Notes: generated from the sequence alone by a model not told the origin. DNA of 64,000 nucleotides from an uncultured delta proteobacterium (GCA_963850305.1 CAWKKR010000008.1:192001-256000); one strand, 5' to 3'; shown: positions 48,362-58,023, counted from the stretch's first letter. Numbers and translations are program-made.

Positions 48362-49828
48362 ATGGAGAACCTCGACGCGACGGCGCAGGCCGCACTGGTT
48401 CGAAAGGGTGAGGTCACGCCGCTCGAGCTCGTCGATGCGGCGATCGCCCGGATCGAGCGCGGGAACCCGCGGCTGAACGCGGTCGTCACGGAGACGTTCG
48501 AGCGCGCTCGCGACGCCGCGCGAGGTCCGCTGCCCGACGGCGCGTTTCGCGGGGTACCGTTCCTGCTCAAAGATCTGGCGGGCGGCGCCGAGGCGGGCGT
48601 GTCCCTCACGCTCGGCTCGGCCTTCTTGCGCGATCACGTGTCGGACCACGACACCGAGCTCGTGGCGCGATTCCGCCGCGCCGGACTCGTGTTCGTCGGT
48701 CGGACCAACACGCCGGAGTTCGGCATCCCGCCGGAGACCGAGCCGGTCCTCTTCGGCCCGTGCAAGAACCCGTGGAACCCGGCGTTCTCTCCCGGTGGCT
48801 CGAGTGGCGGCGCCGCGACCGCAGTCGCGGCGCGCTTCGTTCCTTTCGCACATGCGAGCGACGCGGGCGGCTCCATCCGTATCCCCGCGTCCTGCTGCGG
48901 CGTGTTCGGACTCAAGCCCTCCCGCGGCCGAAACCCGATGGGCCCGAAGCTCGGCGAGAGCGTCGGAGGCTTCATCGCGGACGGCTGCATCTCCATCTCC
49001 GTGCGCGACAGCGCCGCTCTCCTCGACGCGACCGGCGTGCCTTCGCTCGGAGACCCTTACACTGCGCCGGGGAAGGCGCGTCCTTACGTGGACGAACTCC
49101 GTGAGCGACCCGGGCGTCTGCGTATCGCCGTCATGCGCACTCCGACGAACGGCGCAGCCGTCCATCATGACTGTCTCGCGGCTCTCGAGTCCGCGGCAAC
49201 CCTCTGTCGCGAGCTCGGACACGACGTCGTGGAGCGATCCTTCGTTCTGTCGGATCTGGGAGAATTCCTCTCGGCGTTCCTTGCGCTGTGGACGACGAAC
49301 GCCGCGCTCAACGTCGCGTACGCCGAACGGCTCGTGGGACGCACGGCGACGGAGACGGACTTCGAACCCCTCACCTGGGCGCTCGCGTCGATGGGCCGCA
49401 CCCGCACCGCGGTCGAGTACGTCGAGGCGCAGAGAAAGCTCCACCGCTTCTCGCGCGAGATCGCGGCCTTCTTCGTCGATCACGACGTCGTGCTCTCCCC
49501 CGTCATCGCCGACCCGCCGCAGCCACTCGGCCACTTCGCGTGCACCCGGGAAGATCCTCTCTCCGGCTTCATGAAGGCGGGGCTATTCGCGCCTTTCACG
49601 CCCATCTACAACGTCACCGGACAACCTGCGATGAGCGTCCCTCTCGCGTGGAACGGCGCAGGCTTGCCGATCGGCCTCCAGTTTGCCGCGCGCTACGGCG
49701 ACGAAGCGACGTTATTCCGTCTGGCCGCGCAGCTCGAAGAAGCGAGACCCTGGGCGGACGTTCACCCGCCCGGGTCCGTCGCGACGAGCCGGTACGCTAC
49801 TGCGGCGCGCTTGCTGCGATTGGAATAG
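48362..49828 (+). CDS. Amidase signature family enzyme
   Basis: GVPFLLKD, GRTNTPEFG, PGGSSGG, SDAGGSIRIPAS, NVTGQPA. Confidence 0.93.
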   Translation: MENLDATAQAALVRKGEVTPLELVDAAIARIERGNPRLNAVVTETFERARDAARGPLPDGAFRGVPFLLKDLAGGAEAGVSLTLGSAFLRDHVSDHDTELVARFRRAGLVFVGRTNTPEFGIPPETEPVLFGPCKNPWNPAFSPGGSSGGAATAVAARFVPFAHASDAGGSIRIPASCCGVFGLKPSRGRNPMGPKLGESVGGFIADGCISISVRDSAALLDATGVPSLGDPYTAPGKARPYVDELRERPGRLRIAVMRTPTNGAAVHHDCLAALESAATLCRELGHDVVERSFVLSDLGEFLSAFLALWTTNAALNVAYAERLVGRTATETDFEPLTWALASMGRTRTAVEYVEAQRKLHRFSREIAAFFVDHDVVLSPVIADPPQPLGHFACTREDPLSGFMKAGLFAPFTPIYNVTGQPAMSVPLAWNGAGLPIGLQFAARYGDEATLFRLAAQLEEARPWADVHPPGSVATSRYATAARLLRLE

Positions 49829-50316
49829 TCGCGCGGTTGGTCGGCACCGATGGCCATGACGTCGCCGGGCGCAAGTCGCACCGTTTCTCCGGTGGTGACG
49901 ACATCGATCTCGCCCATCTCGCACGCGAGGACTTCGCGCGCGCCCACGGGCTCGACACGCACACTTAGTTTGCCGCCGGGCGCGATCTCGAGCCGCTCGA
50001 ACTCGGCGGGACGAAAGCCGTCGGGGATGAGTCTCCGGATCGCGGCGCCCCCGCGCTTGCGTTCCGGCAAGCTGCACGCGCGATGGACGGCGATGGCCGC
50101 ACCACTCGCGGCAACGAGCTCCTCGATCGTCGCGCCGAGCGAATCAGCGACCTTCAGCAGCACGAGCAGCGTCGGATTCGCGGTGCCGGATTCGAGGTTC
50201 GCGATCGTGGGTCGCGGCACGGAGGAGAGCTCGGCGAGCTCCTGCTGCGTCAATCCGCGCCGTTCGCGGAGTCGCTTCACGTTCGCGGCGAGGTTCGAGG
50301 AAGTGCGGTCGGGCAT
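49762..50316 (-). CDS. XRE-family HTH regulator with a cupin domain
   Basis: LRERRGLTQQELAELSSVPRPTIANLESGTANPTL; C-terminal LAPGD cupin region. Confidence 0.88.
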   Translation of the reverse strand: MPDRTSSNLAANVKRLRERRGLTQQELAELSSVPRPTIANLESGTANPTLLVLLKVADSLGATIEELVAASGAAIAVHRACSLPERKRGGAAIRRLIPDGFRPAEFERLEIAPGGKLSVRVEPVGAREVLACEMGEIDVVTTGETVRLAPGDVMAIGADQPRDYSNRSKRAAVAYRLVATDPGG

Positions 50317-50400
50317 TTTGCGCCCGAGGATAGCCGGTCCGCCAATGCATCACCACGCCGGATGACGTATCGACACGCTCGTGATAGTCGACTGCCGTCC

Positions 50401-51579
50401 GTGCCGGCTTCCATCCCCGTCGTAGAGCTGCCCGAGACCCTGTTGCGCTCGCTCGGCGCCGGACATCCCTGGGTATACCGCGATCACGTCCCGCGCGGAT
50501 TCGAGGCGGAACCGGGCGCGTGGGTCCGGGTGCGCTGCGGGAACTTCACCGCCGTCGCGCTGTGGGATCCGGCCTCGCCCCTCGCCCTGCGGATCTTTTC
50601 GCGCGGCGAAGTGCCGGACGAAGCGTTCGTCGAACGGCGCGTCCGCGCCGCTTTCGCGCTCCGCGACGCGACCGGCGTGACCGCGCGCGCCTCGGCTTAT
50701 CGGTGGATCGCGGGCGAGGGCGATCGGCTCCCCGGCATCACCGTCGATCGTTACGCGCACTTCGCGGTGCTCACGACCGACGGTGCCGCGCTCGAGCGCC
50801 TGGTCCCGTGGGTCGTCGCGGGGTTACTCGGCTCTGCCGAGCTGCACGGGGTGGTCCGCAAGCTACGCGGCGCTTCCAGCGACGATCGGCTCGAGCTTCT
50901 CTCGGGCCGCATGCCGCCGCGCGACCTCATCGTCGAAGAGCACGGTATCCGCTTCCGTGCGGATCTCCGCGAGGGCCAGAAGACGGGCCTCTTCCTCGAT
51001 CAACGCGAGAATCGCAGAACGGTCGAGACCCTGTCGTCTGGGCGTCGCGTCCTCAACTTGTTCGGCTACACGGGAGGCTTCTCCGTTTACGCCGCACGCG
51101 GCGGCGCCTCCCGCGTCACGACCGTCGACATCGCGTCGGGCGCGATCGACGCCGCGCGTGAGAACTTCGCCCTCAACGGCTTCGACCCCGAGGCGCACGA
51201 GTTCTCGGCGACCGACGTGTTCGAGTTCCTGCGCGCGTGTCGCGGGCGCGGCGACAAGTTCGACCTGGTCGTCTGCGACCCGCCGAGCTTTGCCCGCAAC
51301 CGCGCCCAGCGCGACCGTGCGCTCAAGGCCTACGTTCGCCTGCACGCCGCGGCCCTCACCGTGACCGAGGACGGCGGCCTCTACGCCGCATCGAGCTGCA
51401 CGACGCAGGTCGGCGTCGACGCCTTTCGAGACACGCTCGCGGAAGGCGCCCGCGTCGCCAACGCGTCGCTGCAGATCATCCAGGACGCCGGTCACGCCCC
51501 GGACCATCCCGTACTCCCGGCGCACCCGGAAGGCCGCTACCTGAAGTTTCTCGTCGCGCGCGCGTCATTCGACGCGTGA
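50401..51579 (+). CDS. Class I SAM-dependent rRNA methyltransferase (RlmI-like)
   Basis: GHPWVY, GEGDRLPGITVDRY, GQKTGLFLDQRENR, VLNLFGYTGGFS, DPPSF, SSC, YLK; start uncertain (50362 or 50401). Confidence 0.9.
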   Translation: MPASIPVVELPETLLRSLGAGHPWVYRDHVPRGFEAEPGAWVRVRCGNFTAVALWDPASPLALRIFSRGEVPDEAFVERRVRAAFALRDATGVTARASAYRWIAGEGDRLPGITVDRYAHFAVLTTDGAALERLVPWVVAGLLGSAELHGVVRKLRGASSDDRLELLSGRMPPRDLIVEEHGIRFRADLREGQKTGLFLDQRENRRTVETLSSGRRVLNLFGYTGGFSVYAARGGASRVTTVDIASGAIDAARENFALNGFDPEAHEFSATDVFEFLRACRGRGDKFDLVVCDPPSFARNRAQRDRALKAYVRLHAAALTVTEDGGLYAASSCTTQVGVDAFRDTLAEGARVANASLQIIQDAGHAPDHPVLPAHPEGRYLKFLVARASFDA

Positions 51580-51723
51580 GGGACGAACCGGCTGTGCGAC
51601 GCGGTGTGGAGTCACGACGCGGTCCACGGAACGACTGGTACCTCCCTGGCGACGCGTGGCGACGCCTTCGGCGTCAGTGAGAACGATACCGGCGGAGTCG
51701 TCTTGGCGCCTGTCACCGGTGAG

Positions 51724-52503
51724 TCACATGTGGGGGAGATTCGAACACCCACCGCACGCCCAGCGTTTTTCCGCGTCCACATAAGCACAGTAGCCACCCA
51801 CTTCGGGGCAGTCGCTGTCGTTCGTGCATTCGTCGTTCAGCGTGTGACACGCATACGATAGACTTGCGCCAAAAGAGCATGCGCCCCCTCCCAAATCGAA
51901 TCCGAGTACCGAGCTCCCGACATTTCCCGAGAAGTAAATTCCGCACGTGGTTACCGCTCCGTCACTGAGATCATGCGAACAGGACGAGGGTCCGCCGGAC
52001 GGCGGTATGCTGGGCGAACAGAAGCCGCATTCCCCACAATCGGAATCCGTTCTGCAGCTGCTGTCGGTGGCGCAAACATTTGGGGCCGTACTCGCTCCGC
52101 TACTCCGGCAAGCACACGCTTCCTTTCCCGGACAGTCCGTGTCCGTAAGACAGTCGTCGTAGGAACAGTAGCTCTGACATTGAGAGAGGTAGCTCGCGAA
52201 ACATCGCCCATTCCTGCCCGCCGTGCAGTCGGCGTCGCTCTTGCAAAACATGCCCGTGGTGTCCAGGCACGATGTCGTGTCCAGCGGAACGGTGCTGCCG
52301 CGCTCCGGCGGGCAGTTCTGCGCGACCGCCCTGTGTGCTTGCGGGATAGCAACGGCGCTGCCGCAGGCCTGGCCATCAGAAATGGCGGAGGCCTCCAAGA
52401 GTCCGGAAGCATCCGCGTCGTCTGACGCCTGCGGGACAGCGCTCGTCTTGCCGCACGAAGCGCACAAGCACACACCAATGGCGAAAACGTTGGTGCGGTT
52501 CAT
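51724..52503 (-). CDS. Cys-rich lipoprotein
   Basis: MNRTNVFAIGVCLCASC-GK; repeated CxxDxDC motifs; visibly more A/T-rich than flanking genes. Confidence 0.7.
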   Translation of the reverse strand: MNRTNVFAIGVCLCASCGKTSAVPQASDDADASGLLEASAISDGQACGSAVAIPQAHRAVAQNCPPERGSTVPLDTTSCLDTTGMFCKSDADCTAGRNGRCFASYLSQCQSYCSYDDCLTDTDCPGKEACACRSSGASTAPNVCATDSSCRTDSDCGECGFCSPSIPPSGGPSSCSHDLSDGAVTTCGIYFSGNVGSSVLGFDLGGGACSFGASLSYACHTLNDECTNDSDCPEVGGYCAYVDAEKRWACGGCSNLPHM

Positions 52504-52645
52504 GGCTCTTCTTGGCAATGGCAACCTGAGTGCCACCCAGGTTCGCTCCTCCGTGTGCCGTCCACCGAGGAGCTTCGGGGGATCCGGCCGTCGAGTCAAT
52601 CTCGTTCGGCGCGGGTCGAGTCATGGAGCTCTCCCTGGGGGATCA

Positions 52646-52975
52646 GCTTCACCCACCGAGGTGTCCTGCTTCACCCACCGAGGTGTCCTGCTTCACCCAC
52701 CGAGGTGTCCTGCTTCACCCACCGAGGTGTCCTGCTTCACCCACCGAGGTGTCCTGCTTCACCCACCGAGGTGTCCTGCTTCACCCACCGAGGTGTCCTG
52801 CTTCACCCACCGAGGTGTCCTGCTTCACCCACCGAGGTGTCCTGCTTCACCCACCGAGGTGTCCTGCTTCACCCACCGGGGTGATCTGCTTCACCCACCG
52901 GGGTGATCTGCTTCACCCACCGAGGGGAGGTCGTTATCCCACCGAAGGTACCTGCTTCACCCACCGAGGGGAGCT
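52646..52975. repeat. 22-bp tandem repeat array (GCTTCACCCACCGAGGTGTCCT)
   Basis: Ten perfect copies at 52646-52865, then about five progressively degenerate units to ~52975; no spacers. Confidence 0.95.
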
Positions 52976-53112
52976 CGTTACCCCGTCTCTTATCGCCGAC
53001 CCGAGACGGTCCTCGAGGTTTATTCCCGCGTGAAAGAGGAAAAAGGACGAATAATACTGTCTCTCTCGTGCACGTGCGTCCCTCCCTCGACCGGCTACGA
53101 CCCCCTGGCACG

Positions 53113-54051
53113 ATGGCGCTCGCGCCCATGGACGGAGTGACGGACCACGTGTATCGGGACCTCGTCACCGCGCGGGCGCGACCGGGGGCGATCGCGTTCG
53201 CGGTGTCGGAGTTTCTTCGCGTGACGGACAGGGCGCTGCCGCGGAGCACGATCCTGCGGATGTGCCCGGAGATCGGTGCGGGCGGGACGACTCGAGCGGG
53301 CGTGCCGGTCTTGCTTCAGCTCCTCGGCGGACAGGCGGAGCCGCTTGCCGAGACGGCGCGCGTCGCCGTGCAGATGGGCGCGTGGGGTATCGATCTCAAC
53401 TTCGGCTGTCCCGCGAAGCTCGTGAACCGGCACGACGGCGGCGCGTCGCTCCTGCGCTCGCTCGATCGGCTGGAGGCGATCGTCGCGTGCGTTCGCGGCG
53501 CGGTGCCCGAAGATCGACCGGTGAGCGTGAAGGTCCGCCTCGGATGGGAATCGCGCGAGGAAATAGTCCCCATCGCGCGCGCGGCCGAGCGCGGCGGAGC
53601 CAGCTGGCTCACGATCCACGGCCGCACGAAGACCGAGATGTACGGGCCTCCGGCGGACTGGCACGCGATCGGGCGGGCGCGCGCGGCCGTGAACCTCGTC
53701 GTCGTCGCGAACGGCGATCTGAACTCGAGGGAATACATCGAACGGTGTGGGACCGCGAGCGGCTGCTCCCATTTCATGCTCGGGCGCGGCCCTATGGGCC
53801 GTCCGACGCTCTTCGTGGGAGCACCCGAGCCGACGGACACGGATGCGAACACGACGCTGCTCGTCGATCTGTTGCTCGAGTACGTCGAACTCCTCCGAGC
53901 CGCGGGCTGCACGGAGGACCGACAGGTCGGGCGCGTGAAGCAGTGGCTCTCGCTCGGCAAGAGCGTCAACGCCGAGGTCACGCCCGTCTTCGACCGCGTG
54001 AAGCGACTCCACACCCGCGACGCAGTCTGCGCGGCCCTCCGCTCCGCCTGA
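53113..54051 (+). CDS. tRNA-dihydrouridine synthase (DusC-like)
   Basis: LAPMDGVTD, SEFLRVT, QLLG, IDLNFGCP, SVKVRLGW, TIHGRT, VANGD, MLGRG; alternative GTG start at 53068. Confidence 0.9.
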   Translation: MALAPMDGVTDHVYRDLVTARARPGAIAFAVSEFLRVTDRALPRSTILRMCPEIGAGGTTRAGVPVLLQLLGGQAEPLAETARVAVQMGAWGIDLNFGCPAKLVNRHDGGASLLRSLDRLEAIVACVRGAVPEDRPVSVKVRLGWESREEIVPIARAAERGGASWLTIHGRTKTEMYGPPADWHAIGRARAAVNLVVVANGDLNSREYIERCGTASGCSHFMLGRGPMGRPTLFVGAPEPTDTDANTTLLVDLLLEYVELLRAAGCTEDRQVGRVKQWLSLGKSVNAEVTPVFDRVKRLHTRDAVCAALRSA

Positions 54052-54065
54052 CGGGAGAACCCCCG

Positions 54066-54878
54066 ATGGATTTCGTACCCGACCTCGATGCCTACTTGAC
54101 CCGGATCGGAGACGACGGCTCTCGCGCGCCGGCGCTCGCAACCTTGCACCGGATCGTGGCGGCCCACACTCGCTCCATCCCGTTCGAAAACCTGGATGTG
54201 TTGCTCGGGAAGGGCATCGATCTCGAGCCGGAACGGGTCGAACGGAAGCTCGTGCACGAACGCCGCGGGGGATACTGCTTCGAACAGAACACGCTGCTCT
54301 TGCGGGCTCTCCAGGCGCTCGGGTTCCAGGCGGCTGCCCTGAGCGCCCGGGTCCGTTATCAGAGGCCAAGAGACTACACACCGCCGCGAACGCACGTCTT
54401 CGTGCGCGTCGAGGTCGACGGCGTGTCCTGGCTGGCCGACGTCGGAGTCGGTGGACTGTCGCTCACGGCCGCGCTCCGCCTCGACACCGAGTCCGAGCAA
54501 CCCACCCCGCACGAGCCTCGCCGCATCGTCCGTGAGGGCGGGCTCTACTTTCACCAGGTGCTCCTCGAGGGGACCTGGCAAGACGTCTACGAATTCACGC
54601 TCGAGGAGATGCCGTCGATCGATCGCGAGCTCGCCAACTGGTACACGAGCGCGCATCCCGGATCGCACTTCAAGAACCAGCTGCTCGTGGCGCGCGCCAC
54701 CCCGGACGGACGCAAGACACTGCTGAACCGCGAGCTGACTCTCCGGAAGACCGCGGGCCACGTCGACCGGCGCACCGTTGCGACGCCGGATGAGTTGCTC
54801 GAGGTCCTCGACGAGCACTTCGGCCTGTCCTTTCCGACGGGAGTCCGCTTTGCCTGCACCGGACTCGACTGGGGATGA
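54066..54878 (+). CDS. Arylamine N-acetyltransferase
   Basis: AYLTRIG, IPFENLD, RRGGYCFE, TH, ADVGVG (Cys-His-Asp triad); GGAGA RBS. Confidence 0.93.
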   Translation: MDFVPDLDAYLTRIGDDGSRAPALATLHRIVAAHTRSIPFENLDVLLGKGIDLEPERVERKLVHERRGGYCFEQNTLLLRALQALGFQAAALSARVRYQRPRDYTPPRTHVFVRVEVDGVSWLADVGVGGLSLTAALRLDTESEQPTPHEPRRIVREGGLYFHQVLLEGTWQDVYEFTLEEMPSIDRELANWYTSAHPGSHFKNQLLVARATPDGRKTLLNRELTLRKTAGHVDRRTVATPDELLEVLDEHFGLSFPTGVRFACTGLDWG

Positions 54879-55020
54879 CGCTCGACCCGCGACCCCGCGA
54901 GCGAGCGCCATACCGACGTCAGTCTCCACGTATGGCTGGACTGTGAGACCGCGCCCGGGCGTCTCGGCACCCTCGGCGCACCTCGATTCCGCTGGAACTG
55001 AGTCGTCCCGCGGAGGTCGG

Positions 55021-55102
55021 TCGAAGGATCTCGAACGAAGATCGAACACACCTCGAACACTCCTCGAACGAAGGTCGAACACACCTCGACCGAAGGGCGA
55101 AC
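55021..55102. repeat. TCGAAC-like motifs phased at 11-bp intervals
   Basis: TCGA at 55021, 55031, 55042, 55053, 55064, 55075, 55086; near-identical 29-bp blocks at 55030 and 55063. Confidence 0.8.
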
Positions 55103-55191
55103 GACCGCGAGTTGAGCCAGGGCGGAATTCGCGGTGGCACTGCCATTCCTGACACTGCCGGAGCGGCCCGGTCCCGGGCATTCTCCGGGAC

Positions 55192-56212
55192 GTGAACGCC
55201 TACCTGCTCATCAATGCGGTCGTGCAGCAGACGATGGTGTTCATCGCGCAGCTCGCGACCTCGGGCGGCGTGCGGGCGCCGCTGGCTCACGTCGCCGAGC
55301 AGGTGTTCCTCGATCTGACGAACGAGCTCTCGAATCGCGGCGTGAAGAAGAAGGTCATCGCCGACATGTTCGGCATGGCACTCCGGACCTACCACCGGCG
55401 AGTCCGTGAGCTCCAGGAGAGCAAGACCGACTCGGGACGCTCCGTCTGGGAAGCCGTGCTCGGGTTCATCCGGCAGCGCGGTCCGGTCAGCGGTCACGAC
55501 GTGCTCCTCCGGTACGCCGGAGACGATCCGGAGGTCGTGGCCGGCGTGCTCGGCGATCTGTCGCAATCGGGGCTGGTGTATCGCGCGGGGCGCGGCGAGT
55601 CGGCGCGGTATCGCATCGCCGACGACGTCGAACTCGGCACGGAGGACGGGTCGATCAACGCCGCGCACGAGCACCTCGTGTGGCTTGCGGTCTACCGCGA
55701 AGGGCCGGCGACCGCGGACGCCCTCGTCGCCTGGACGCATCTCGGCAGGAAGGTGATCGAGACCGTGCTCGAGACGCTCATCGAGGAGGGCCGCGTCGTG
55801 GAGACGCGGAGCGACGCGGGTTCGACGTACAGCGCCGACCGGTTCGAGGTGCCGCTCGGCGCGTCGAGCGGCTGGGAGGCCGCGGTGCTCGATCACTTCC
55901 AGGCGGTGGTCACCGGGATCATCGCGAAGCTCGCGCGCGGCCAGGCCCGCGGGGGCGCGGCGGATTCTCATCGGCGGCTCGACGTGGTCGCTCGACGTGT
56001 GGCCGGGCCATCCGCTCGAGAACGAAGCGAAGACGCTGCTCCGCGGCGTGCGCGTGAGGGTGGAGGAGCTCCGTCGCCGCATCGACGCCCACAATGTCGC
56101 AGCAACAAACCCCGGCCGGCGTGAGCGCGTCGTGTTCTACGCCGGCCAGAACATCCGGGACGGCAGCTCGACGGGGCAAGAAGGAGAGAGGGAGTCGGAT
56201 GACGAAGTTTAG
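55192..56212 (+). CDS. Multi-HTH putative DNA-binding regulator; 1-nt frameshift near 55965
   Basis: GVKKKVIADMFGMALRTYHRRV (HTH), two winged-helix-like units (LGDLSQSGLVYR; LETLIEEGRV); removing one base joins it to LIGGSTWSLDVWPGHP...VFYAGQ (ORF 55997-56212). Confidence 0.7.
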
Positions 56213-57179
56213 ACAGGTACGGTTCGCGGCGGGGCTTGCTCTCGCCGTCGCAGGGTGCAGCTCACCGAGCCCGGAGACGTCGAGCTCGACGCACTGGGTG
56301 ACGTGCGAGACGGTCGCCGACTGTTCGTCGGTGTCCGGCGCAGCCGCGTGCACGACGGGGTATTGCGTGGACGCGCAGGGGACTCGCTTGCCGGCCGCGA
56401 ACGGTGCCGACGCGGGGCCGTCTCCCTGCGATCCGCTGGCGCCGCACGAGCTCCCCGTGACGCTCGGGACGATCCTGGGCGTCGGCAAGGACGCGCAGGG
56501 CACGATCTACCTCGCGGACGAGACCGTGAGCGCGACGGCAGGCACCATCGATCGCGTCTTCGTGTCGAGCGGTAATACGCTGTACCGGAAGGTGATCGGG
56601 GGTGCGGGACTGAGCACGATCCCCGGCGGCGTGATGGACTACTCGTTCTCGTACACGAACGATGACGGCTCGGGCGGCGGCGAGCTGCTCCTCGAACGCC
56701 CGGCGAGCGGCCCCGCGACGTCCATGGCGCTCGGCGCCGGTGGCAAGGGCGGCACGACGACCGCGACGCTGACGATCCTCCCGTCGAGCGCCATCCAGGG
56801 CATGACGCTCCGGAACCTGCCGGGAGACGTCGATATCACGTACGTCGGCGACGTCGCGAACGGCGACGTCATCCTCGTCACGCAGCCCCGCGACGACTGG
56901 GACGGCACGTACAAGCTCTACTACGGCGCGCCGGACAGCGTGATCGATCGCACGATCGTGAGCTCGTCCGAGACGCGGAGTGGCGGCATCGACATCCAGT
57001 TCCGCGTCGGCACGGCGACGTACGACGCAACGACGTCGTTCGTGTTCGGCGGAGACGCGAGCGCCGTCGGTCATCCCGGGCCCGGCACCCTCGACACGGG
57101 CAACGGCACGACCCTCACCTTCACCGAGCGTCTCCCGACGCCCACGACGCTGCCCGGCCTGACGTTCACGTGCCTCTAG
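56199..57179 (+). CDS. Lipoprotein with a small Cys-rich N-terminal module
   Basis: Lipobox AVAGC-SS; STHWVTCETVADC...C...YCV; GGAG RBS; overlaps the regulator's end. Confidence 0.78.
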   Translation: MTKFRQVRFAAGLALAVAGCSSPSPETSSSTHWVTCETVADCSSVSGAAACTTGYCVDAQGTRLPAANGADAGPSPCDPLAPHELPVTLGTILGVGKDAQGTIYLADETVSATAGTIDRVFVSSGNTLYRKVIGGAGLSTIPGGVMDYSFSYTNDDGSGGGELLLERPASGPATSMALGAGGKGGTTTATLTILPSSAIQGMTLRNLPGDVDITYVGDVANGDVILVTQPRDDWDGTYKLYYGAPDSVIDRTIVSSSETRSGGIDIQFRVGTATYDATTSFVFGGDASAVGHPGPGTLDTGNGTTLTFTERLPTPTTLPGLTFTCL

Positions 57180-57240
57180 CGGGACCCTTCGAACATGGGC
57201 GGGACGCTCCGTTGGGAAGCGCGATCCGCGTGGCCTCGCG

Positions 57241-57657
57241 TTACTCGTGGAGCAGCGCGGAGCGCCCGTACAAGGCGGGAAACAGGCTCTGATCGCGAAG
57301 CACCACGTAGTCGACGGCGGTGAACCCGGTGCCGCCGAGATCACAATCGACGAGCACCCCATGCCACGTGCACGATCCTGCCGCCGTCGTACCGTTTGCG
57401 CTCAGCCCCAGGCGGAGCAGCCAGGGCGCACCGGCATCTCGAGAGCCGTCACACGTCGGCCCGAGCCCGTCGAACTGGCCGAAGGCGACCGGCGAAGAGA
57501 GCTCGTCGAGAAGGGACCCCGAGCTCGCATCCGCGACGCCGAGCACCGGCACGGGATCGTCCGCTTCTCTCAGCACGATGGCGACGAGCGCGCGCGAACC
57601 GGTCTCGTCCTCACTCCAAGCGATGAGCGCTCCACGATCGAGGGTCAATCCCGCCAC
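57241..57657 (-). pseudogene. PIN-toxin-like N-terminus joined to unrelated sequence (probably a disrupted toxin)
   Basis: MAGLTLDRGALIAW...ALVAIVLRE...PVP resembles the xLDxGALIA PIN start; no recognisable later PIN acidic motifs; overlaps the antitoxin stop. Confidence 0.45.
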
Positions 57658-57938
57658 GTAGACCGAATCCGAACGAGTTCCTCCTCGGTGAGGTTGCCCT
57701 GCTCCGATTCGTACTCTTCGAGGAGCTTCTGCAGGCGCCGACGGCGAACGTCCCGGGCGAGCGCGTCCGTGACATGTGCGCTCAGGGTACGCCCCGATCT
57801 CCGCGCATCCCGCTCGACGTCGCGAAGGATGGCTTCGTCCACCGTGAGCGAGATCTTCTTGGCTCGCGCCGTCCTGGCGTTCGCCCGGGCACGCGGCGCG
57901 CGTGCTCGGGCCTTTGCCGGCACTGCTTGCTTGGGCAC
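57645..57938 (-). CDS. Ribbon-helix-helix antitoxin-like protein
   Basis: KKISLTVDEAILRDVERDARRSGRTLSAHVTDAL...LLEEYESEQGNLTEEEL. Confidence 0.75.
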   Translation of the reverse strand: MPKQAVPAKARARAPRARANARTARAKKISLTVDEAILRDVERDARRSGRTLSAHVTDALARDVRRRRLQKLLEEYESEQGNLTEEELVRIRSTWRD

Positions 57939-57943
57939 GAGGT

Positions 57944-57972
57944 ATCCTACGTTAGGTAGGACTCATCATCAA
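57944..57972 (-). promoter_or_regulatory. Sigma-70-type promoter with a palindromic operator
   Basis: Minus strand TTGATG-N17-TAGGAT, 5 nt before the GTG; inverted repeat TCCTAC-N5-GTAGGA at 57945-57961. Confidence 0.55.
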
Positions 57973-58023
57973 AGGAGGCGCGCCAGCGACGGACCGCCCG
58001 CGCTCGAAGTCACCGCCGCGGTT

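Noticed and set aside
52646..52975. CRISPR array
   Set aside because: Units are directly abutting with no unique spacers, and there are no cas genes in the window.
52223..53033. ORFs with repeated FTHRGVLLHPPRCPASPTEVSC peptides
   Set aside because: All three frames give the same peptide because of the 22-bp period; these are by-products of the DNA repeat.
55134..55150. Sigma-54 promoter TGGCAC-N5-TTCC
   Set aside because: It has CC instead of the near-invariant -12 GC, so I treated it as a palindromic operator candidate.
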